From: Verrucomicrobiota bacterium
GTDB taxonomy: Bacteria; Verrucomicrobiota; Verrucomicrobiia; Limisphaerales; JAJOIW01
Direction of reading: 5' to 3'
Assembly: GCA_021209225.1 (NCBI GenBank)
Contig: JAJOIW010000108.1
Coordinates: forward strand, 1 to 51,500
Length of the DNA stretch: 51,500 nt
Of this stretch, positions 44,624-51,500 are shown piece after piece. Numbering within the stretch: the stretch's first letter is position 1; each line of letters begins with the position of its first letter. The notes under the pieces were generated by a model that was not told where the DNA came from, ran no database searches, and was given only the letters and a program-made list of their open reading frames with translations. The translations under genes and the position numbers were made by a program.

Positions 44624-45934
44624 TCAGATGGTGGTGTTATGATCGACGATAGCGCCTTTGGGGATGATGACAATACCATCCCGGATGTAATAATTTTCAC
44701 CATCGAGATGAGGGGGTTTTCCTTCCGGAGAAATTTTGCAATTATCTCCGATGCGGGCATTTTTATCGATAATGGCGTTTTCTATGGTGCAATTGCGACC
44801 GATGCCCATGGAGATGGGGGCAGGCACTGAGTTTTCCTGGTCGTAGTAATCCGCTCCCATGACGACGACCCGATGGAGCCTGGATCCTTCCCGAACGACA
44901 GTGCGGACGCCGAGCAAACTGTGTGAGATGGTGGCCTGGGTGAGAATGCAGCCATCAGAGAGGACGACACGATCGAGATTGGCGGAGTTAAGCTTGGAGG
45001 CTGGGAGAAATCTGGGACGGGTGAAAATGGGGCTGCGCTCGTCGAAGAAATTGAAATTGGGTTTATCGGTCACGAGGTCGAGGTTGGCTTCAAAGAAGGA
45101 CTTGATGGTGCCAATATCCTCCCAATATCCCTGATAGACGCTGCTGTAGACGTTGTGGGTATTGATGGCGGAGGGAATGATATGTTTTCCAAAATCCGTC
45201 ATGTTGTTATTGAGGAGGTCGAACAACACCTCTCTCTTGAAAAGATAAATACCCATGGATGCGAGGAAGAGTTCTGAATCACTTTCGATCCCATATTCTG
45301 AGTAGGATTGTTTGGGAAGAGTCAGTGTGTTGAGGAGTTCATCCTCCTGGGGTTTTTCAACGAATTGAGTGATGCGGCCATCTGGGGCGGTATGCATGAT
45401 TCCGAATCCACGGGCGGCTTCGCGATCGACCGGAATGGTGGCAACTGTGAGATCGGCACCGATATCGATGTGTTTATGAATGAGCTCTCTGAAGTCGATG
45501 CGGTAGAGCTGATCCCCACTGAGGATGAGGGCGTGCTCGAATTTATTATTTTTGAAATGGAGGCAGTTTTTTCTGACAGCATCCGCAGTTCCCTGGTACC
45601 AGGATGTATCCGTGGGTGTTTGTTCAGCTGCGAGAATCTCGACAAAGCCTCCGGTGAAGGGATCGAACTTGTAGGATTGGGAGATATGCCGATGGAGGGA
45701 GGCGGAGTTAAACTGAGTGAGCAGGTAAATTTTTTTAAGACCACTATTGATGCAATTGGAGATGGGAATATCGACGAGTCGGTATTTGCCTGCGAGTGGG
45801 ACGGCCGGTTTGGATCTTTCTTTGGTTAGAGGATAAAGTCTGGACCCCTGCCCTCCCCCCATGATGATGGAGAGAATTTCAGGCATTTCGGTATACCCGG
45901 TGGTCGATTTGGGAGAATGTGACGATGTGCTCAT
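44624..45934 (-). CDS. glgC: Glucose-1-phosphate adenylyltransferase
   Basis: IMGGGQGSRLYPLTKERSKPAVPLAGKYRLVDIPISNCINSGLKKIYLLTQFNSASLHRHI...WYQGTADAV...ASMGIYLF, followed by a C-terminal LbH domain. Confidence 0.9.
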   Translation of the reverse strand: MSTSSHSPKSTTGYTEMPEILSIIMGGGQGSRLYPLTKERSKPAVPLAGKYRLVDIPISNCINSGLKKIYLLTQFNSASLHRHISQSYKFDPFTGGFVEILAAEQTPTDTSWYQGTADAVRKNCLHFKNNKFEHALILSGDQLYRIDFRELIHKHIDIGADLTVATIPVDREAARGFGIMHTAPDGRITQFVEKPQEDELLNTLTLPKQSYSEYGIESDSELFLASMGIYLFKREVLFDLLNNNMTDFGKHIIPSAINTHNVYSSVYQGYWEDIGTIKSFFEANLDLVTDKPNFNFFDERSPIFTRPRFLPASKLNSANLDRVVLSDGCILTQATISHSLLGVRTVVREGSRLHRVVVMGADYYDQENSVPAPISMGIGRNCTIENAIIDKNARIGDNCKISPEGKPPHLDGENYYIRDGIVIIPKGAIVDHNTTI

Positions 45935-46062
45935 GGATTCCAGTGCTTGTCAGGAGAATGAACGAATTACGGATGCGACTCAAGAGGCATTCTTCGATGA
46001 CGAGACAAAATTTCCAGGGTGGATGGACTGCCAGGGATGGAACGTGGTATGAATGTCAATAA

Positions 46063-46296
46063 ATGAGCACCAATGATCAGGATCTGCAAAAACGGATAGG
46101 CACCATGGAGGAACAACTGGTTCATCTGGAGCGGTTCGTGGAACAATTGAATATGGTCGTAATCGAACAATCACGTCAGATACAGAAAATGGAAAAAAAG
46201 ATGGAGCTGATCAGCGATAAATTGGAGGAGAGGAAGGAAGCCGGGCCGATACCACACAATGCCCCCCCTCCGCATTACGATGTGCGCCGGTCCTGA
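46063..46296 (+). CDS. slyX: SlyX-family coiled-coil protein
   Basis: LQKRIGTMEEQLVHLERFVEQLNMVVIEQSRQIQKMEKKMELISDKLEE; 77 aa. Confidence 0.7.
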   Translation: MSTNDQDLQKRIGTMEEQLVHLERFVEQLNMVVIEQSRQIQKMEKKMELISDKLEERKEAGPIPHNAPPPHYDVRRS

Positions 46297-46880
46297 GAGT
46301 TATTGGGGACGATGGGTTTCCATTGGCGATATCCATCGTGGACATAAAAGATGAGAGAGACGGCCAGAGTAAAGGAATTGAGAGCAATCAGGATCCGGAT
46401 GAGGTCTGTATGTGCCCCAGCCAGAGTGGAACCGACGACGAGGAAAAAAAATATGGTTGCGAATTTTCCCATGCGGCTGGGAGCCACCACAACGGGACTG
46501 ACGACTGTTCCCAGTAACAGGTAGAGGCCTAAGAGCAGCGAGTCACGCACGATGTAAACCAGACCATACCAGCCCGGAAGGGCGATGGGAGATGTGCTTC
46601 CCATCCAGCATAAAAAGATGACCGAGGTTAACATGAGAAGTTTATCCGCTGCCGGATCTAAAAACTGCCCCAGGGAGGATTGGCAACTCATGCGCCTGGC
46701 AATGATACCATCCAGCCAATCTGAAAGGGCCATGAGAAGGAAGAGAAGCAATGCTCCCCATCGAAAGGCGGGATCCCCGGTTGCGAGGAAACGATGAAGC
46801 AGAAAGGCATAGACTGGAATCAGCGCCATTCTGGATAAAGTGATCAGGTTGGCAACGGTCATAGCATGAGAGGAATTCAA
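46275..46880 (-). CDS. pgsA: CDP-diacylglycerol--glycerol-3-phosphate 3-phosphatidyltransferase (CDP-alcohol phosphatidyltransferase family)
   Basis: NLITLSRMALIPV...ALSDWLDGIIARRMSCQSSLGQFLDPAADKLL matches the D-x2-DG-x2-AR-x8-G-x3-D-x3-D motif. Multiple TM helices. Confidence 0.8.
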   Translation of the reverse strand: MNSSHAMTVANLITLSRMALIPVYAFLLHRFLATGDPAFRWGALLLFLLMALSDWLDGIIARRMSCQSSLGQFLDPAADKLLMLTSVIFLCWMGSTSPIALPGWYGLVYIVRDSLLLGLYLLLGTVVSPVVVAPSRMGKFATIFFFLVVGSTLAGAHTDLIRILIALNSFTLAVSLIFYVHDGYRQWKPIVPNNSQDRRTS

Positions 46881-46903
46881 AAGATGCCGTCTGCCATGAA
46901 GCT

Positions 46904-48264
<1,361 letters not shown>

Positions 48265-48337
48265 TCAAGGATTCCGACAAACCTTCGGTCTGGCCCGGAA
48301 ACCATCCAGAGAAATGGAATGAAAATCAACAGGTTTA

Positions 48338-49552
48338 TTAAATTCTGGCGAGATCGAGGTCCTGATAGATGGCATTGTGGATTTTTCTGACTCGGTATTG
48401 GTGGCGGATCTCGCCGGGGAGGCCATTCACAGCCCAGCATACAACCAATTGGTGAACCGGGTCTGCGAATCCGGCACTGGATTGGGCTCCCCCATGGCCA
48501 AAGGTCGCGTCGCTGGCGAAGGAACCGAATCCATATGGAACAGAATCTTTCCCATAGATGGCAGAATTGAGCATGAACCCAAGTCCCCAATCCATCTGAT
48601 GATGAAAAGTTTCGTCAAATAAACCCTTGGGTCGGGCATGAGTCAGGAATGGAGCCAGAGTCGAGTCTGGAATTTTCAATGAGCGCTGGCTTTCACTTTG
48701 AAGGAGAAATTCATAGAAGCGACCGAGTTCGCGCATGGGTCCGCGGGCATTTCCTCCCGGACGGCATCCACAGCAACTGGCCCGACTATCCAGATATGGG
48801 TGAGGAGAAATTTCCGATGTGGACGAAAGAAAGATGGGGGAGATCAGGGATTGATGGGTTTGGTCCCAGAGATTTTCAGGTATGCCCAAGTGGGTGTGAA
48901 GCATCTTCAATGGTTCGAGGATCTGCTGGCGGATCCAGAGACTGAAGTTGTCAACTCCAGCAACCCGGCGGCACAATTCAGCGAGAATATACCAACTGCC
49001 AGCCTGGTGGTAAGCGGCACGCTCTCCGAGGGGCCACCCTTCTTCAGGAGCCATGCCACAGATGCGGCTGATCATTTCATCCCATGCCAAAGTTTCCGAC
49101 AGTTTATCAGCGTTCCGAATGCCTCCTGTGTGAGTCAGTAAGTGGACAGCTGAAATACGATTCTTCCCATGCAAACCAAATTCCGGGATCACGTCTGCAA
49201 CTGGTGCATGCAGATCGATTTTTCCTGCTGCGACCAGGAATGCCAAAGCCACCGCAGTCAGAGGCTTGCCGGACGAGCGCCACAACATCAGGGCATCCGC
49301 AGGAAAAGGCTTCACGGACTTTGGCCCAACAAACCCGAATGACTCGTCCAGAATGACTTTTGAGCCCAGTGAAATATAGAATTGCCCACCAAAATGATCC
49401 CGGTTTTGAATTCCTTCGTTCAAAACCCCGGCCAGATGAGCCATTTGACTATGCCAATGATCACTGAACATATTGATTCTGAAGCATCTCCATAAAGGTG
49501 GGTACTCGCAATGCCAATGAAAATAAATTCGTGGCGGCAACCAACGGCTCAA
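48338..49552 (-). CDS. Beta-lactamase-related serine hydrolase (class C / EstB-like)
   Basis: LWRSSGKPLTAVALAFLVAAGKIDLHAPV (SxxK), YHQAGSWYIL, FGHGGAQSS. The start is uncertain; MFSDHW at ~49471 is possible. Confidence 0.7.
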   Translation of the reverse strand: MSRWLPPRIYFHWHCEYPPLWRCFRINMFSDHWHSQMAHLAGVLNEGIQNRDHFGGQFYISLGSKVILDESFGFVGPKSVKPFPADALMLWRSSGKPLTAVALAFLVAAGKIDLHAPVADVIPEFGLHGKNRISAVHLLTHTGGIRNADKLSETLAWDEMISRICGMAPEEGWPLGERAAYHQAGSWYILAELCRRVAGVDNFSLWIRQQILEPLKMLHTHLGIPENLWDQTHQSLISPIFLSSTSEISPHPYLDSRASCCGCRPGGNARGPMRELGRFYEFLLQSESQRSLKIPDSTLAPFLTHARPKGLFDETFHHQMDWGLGFMLNSAIYGKDSVPYGFGSFASDATFGHGGAQSSAGFADPVHQLVVCWAVNGLPGEIRHQYRVRKIHNAIYQDLDLARI

Positions 49553-49565
49553 ACATATCCCTCAT

Positions 49566-51122
49566 TCAGGCGAAGCGGGAAACTTTGTGCGTGAGTTTCT
49601 GCGCGAGGGCTTTGACCAGATTTTCTTTCTGCCGGAATATGAGCCCGATGGCGGCCCCGGAAAAGAACCAGAAAAGTATACCAAACTGGGTATTAAACGT
49701 GGGTTGGCTGTAACTTTGAACAACCGCCGTGAGGTTGAGAGCAAAAACCATGGCATACCAATAGGCAATTTCCAAATGGCGTTGATCGATGCTGGATTTC
49801 AAAATCTGGGCGGCGGCCCAAATCAGGGCCAAAGGGTACAGAATCCATAACAGGACTCCACCGTCAAAAAGCCACCCGGTGATTTGCACTTCAACATAGA
49901 GTGGTTCAGAGGTGGTATTTGAAGGGTTATTATTGAAAGTGGCCTGCATAATCCCCCAGCGCCCCATGCCGGCGCCGAAGGGATATCGGGGAAGCAGTCG
50001 TTGAAATGTGTCCGTCCAGAACTGGTTTCTTTCATTGGCCAGATCTCCATAATTCTCCTCACCAAATACGAATCCAAAGCGATCGCGCACTCCTTCCCCC
50101 CCGATGTTGATGGCCCAGACGAAAGCCCCAATTCCAATGAGGAGGCCCATGCCAAGAATCAATTGCACGAGTATAATCCGGCGTTGAAGAAACATGATTC
50201 CCGCAAAGACACATGTCACTCCGGCCAGGACAATAAACAAGGATCTCACTTGGGTAAGCAGAAGCACAAGCGGACCGAGTCCCGCTCCAAATATGCATAA
50301 TAACCGGCCCCAGGCTGGCATTCCGGGAGAAAGAGCCAGACCGAGGCCTAAAAATCCGGTGAAAAGCCCGGCGTAGGAAGCCCCGCCTGGGGTATCCGTC
50401 AATCCGCAGGGTCGAAGGATCATTTTTCCACCTGGTCCCTCATACTGTAGGCGTTTGATCATTTCCGGGTCGGCGGAAGTGAATTCCGGAGGATTGAAGT
50501 TATCTGGGTAATAGACCTGAAGCACTCCCATTCCAGCGCTGATGAAATTTGTGGCGAAGGTCAGGACGAGCAGGCGGATGAGGTGTTTTCGGGATTTCAC
50601 CACAAGCACGGCCCAGAAGGCTGGAGCTGCGATCAGAAACTGGAAAAAAAGTTGCCCCATTCCGGCAGTGAAGTGGCTGTTCGGATGGAACAACCAGACC
50701 AGAGTCATCAATGTCAGCGCGGCAAGCAGCCAACCCTGCATCCCATGATAAGGAAATGGAACCTTTGCAATCTGTCGCCCACGAAGCTTTCTGCCCCTGG
50801 CTGGGATTTCCTCCATTTGCGCTGCTTGCATGGAGGCGTCCAGTTTCCACTTTTGCTCTCTCTGTTTGAAAAACTTGTAAAGATAGAGTAAAAGGAGAAA
50901 TCCGGAGAAGAGATATGGCAAGGCCCGGATCAGAAACCGGAACGGTTGAGTGCCGGGAATAAACAATAGGCCGGTGGAGACGTATTGGATTACGATGAAG
51001 ATTTCCGGCCAACCCCACGGAGGCGCGTCTCCATCGATATCCTGCTCCAGTCTGAGCAAATCAAACGAGAGCGGTGCTTTGGCAGCTGAAAATCGGCCAG
51101 CGGGTTTCCTCGACTTATCCAT
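49566..51122 (-). CDS. Polytopic membrane protein, O-antigen ligase/polymerase (Wzy_C)-like
   Basis: 518-aa ORF with at least 10 hydrophobic helices and a central loop (YYPDNFNPPEFTSADPEMIKRLQYEGPGGKMILRPCGLTDTPGGA), as in Wzy/WaaL-type proteins. The family assignment is tentative. Confidence 0.5.
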   Translation of the reverse strand: MDKSRKPAGRFSAAKAPLSFDLLRLEQDIDGDAPPWGWPEIFIVIQYVSTGLLFIPGTQPFRFLIRALPYLFSGFLLLLYLYKFFKQREQKWKLDASMQAAQMEEIPARGRKLRGRQIAKVPFPYHGMQGWLLAALTLMTLVWLFHPNSHFTAGMGQLFFQFLIAAPAFWAVLVVKSRKHLIRLLVLTFATNFISAGMGVLQVYYPDNFNPPEFTSADPEMIKRLQYEGPGGKMILRPCGLTDTPGGASYAGLFTGFLGLGLALSPGMPAWGRLLCIFGAGLGPLVLLLTQVRSLFIVLAGVTCVFAGIMFLQRRIILVQLILGMGLLIGIGAFVWAINIGGEGVRDRFGFVFGEENYGDLANERNQFWTDTFQRLLPRYPFGAGMGRWGIMQATFNNNPSNTTSEPLYVEVQITGWLFDGGVLLWILYPLALIWAAAQILKSSIDQRHLEIAYWYAMVFALNLTAVVQSYSQPTFNTQFGILFWFFSGAAIGLIFRQKENLVKALAQKLTHKVSRFA

Positions 51123-51294
51123 GATTTACGAATGGGCTCATCAAATAAATTCCTGCCCAAACAACATTCTTATCGGCCATAATTGGGAGAATCTGTTTTT
51201 TTGCAAAGGAAATTCTCATCATCACAATGCCACGATCCATCGACAGGCCCCCATCCAGACTCGACACTTCAGGGAGATAGGCTAGTTTGATGGG

Positions 51295-51500
51295 GTGGAA
51301 AAAAAGTTCTTAACACTCGGACATTCACCTGATCCGGACGATGCCTTCATGTTTTATGGGTTGGCAAAAAACCTCATAGAAACCGGGCCATACGAGTTTG
51401 AGCATGTTCTGCAGGATATTCAGACATTGAATGAAAGGGCCACTCGGGGGGAGCTGGATATTTCAGCTGTCAGCGTCCATGCCTATGCCTATATCAGTGA
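51295..51500 (+). CDS. MqnA/MqnD-family (futalosine-pathway menaquinone biosynthesis, PF02621-like) protein; 5' part, continues beyond the window
   Basis: GTG(51295) [67 protein letters not shown]. An ATG at 51290 is out of frame by one base across the A7 run (51299-51305). The start is therefore either the GTG, or the ATG with one more homopolymer lesion. Confidence 0.7.
   Translation, partial: MEKKFLTLGHSPDPDDAFMFYGLAKNLIETGPYEFEHVLQDIQTLNERATRGELDISAVSVHAYAYIS

Noticed and set aside
46275-46296. 22-nt 3'-end overlap of the convergent slyX and pgsA genes as a regulatory antisense arrangement.
   Set aside because: Short convergent overlaps are common. The pgsA stop or the slyX end may simply be as annotated, and nothing else supports a special role.

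Overview
This is a 51.5-kb bacterial chromosomal window. The gene content suggests a PVC/Verrucomicrobiota-like organism, but that is inference only: a GxxExxY protein, an FGE-sulfatase protein, and giant Ig-like and VCBS-like surface proteins. I found no rRNA, tRNA or CRISPR array.

About 35 genes can be supported:
- a transglutaminase-family gene running off the left edge
- an ankyrin plus YfcE-like phosphoesterase pair
- a 1521-aa VCBS/cohesin/dockerin-like surface protein
- a HisKA_3 sensor kinase with a NarL-type response regulator
- RidA and lpxK
- a tolC-macA-macB tripartite efflux operon
- an MFS transporter
- a 1736-aa Ig-like repeat protein
- lptF/G
- a RAYT-like Y1 transposase
- an MBL-fold hydrolase and a dienelactone hydrolase
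- a catalytically degenerate sigma54-activator homologue
- an SGNH esterase
- an 879-aa protein made of four uncharacterised modules
- amtB-glnK
- an Rrf2 regulator, glgC, slyX, pgsA and gltX
- a serine hydrolase
- an O-antigen-ligase-like membrane protein
- the start of an MqnA/MqnD-family gene

Observations that the gene list does not explain:
1. A REP-like palindrome family (AAAGTACCAGGTAC) occurs four times, always intergenic, and is associated with the RAYT-like gene.
2. A CCACGGAA-type repeat family flanks the ankyrin/phosphoesterase pair and abuts the GxxExxY gene.
3. Strongly C-depleted, G-rich tracts lie upstream of several genes.
4. Five signal-peptide proteins share a C-terminal module ending in an FFR[LI]R-like strand.
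5. Conserved genes carry about 10 single-base frame lesions, six of them within 2.2 kb of the efflux operon, while ORFs of 4.6 and 5.2 kb stay intact.
6. A decayed DegT aminotransferase remnant sits in an intergenic gap.

All functional calls come from reading motifs in the translations. No database search was run.
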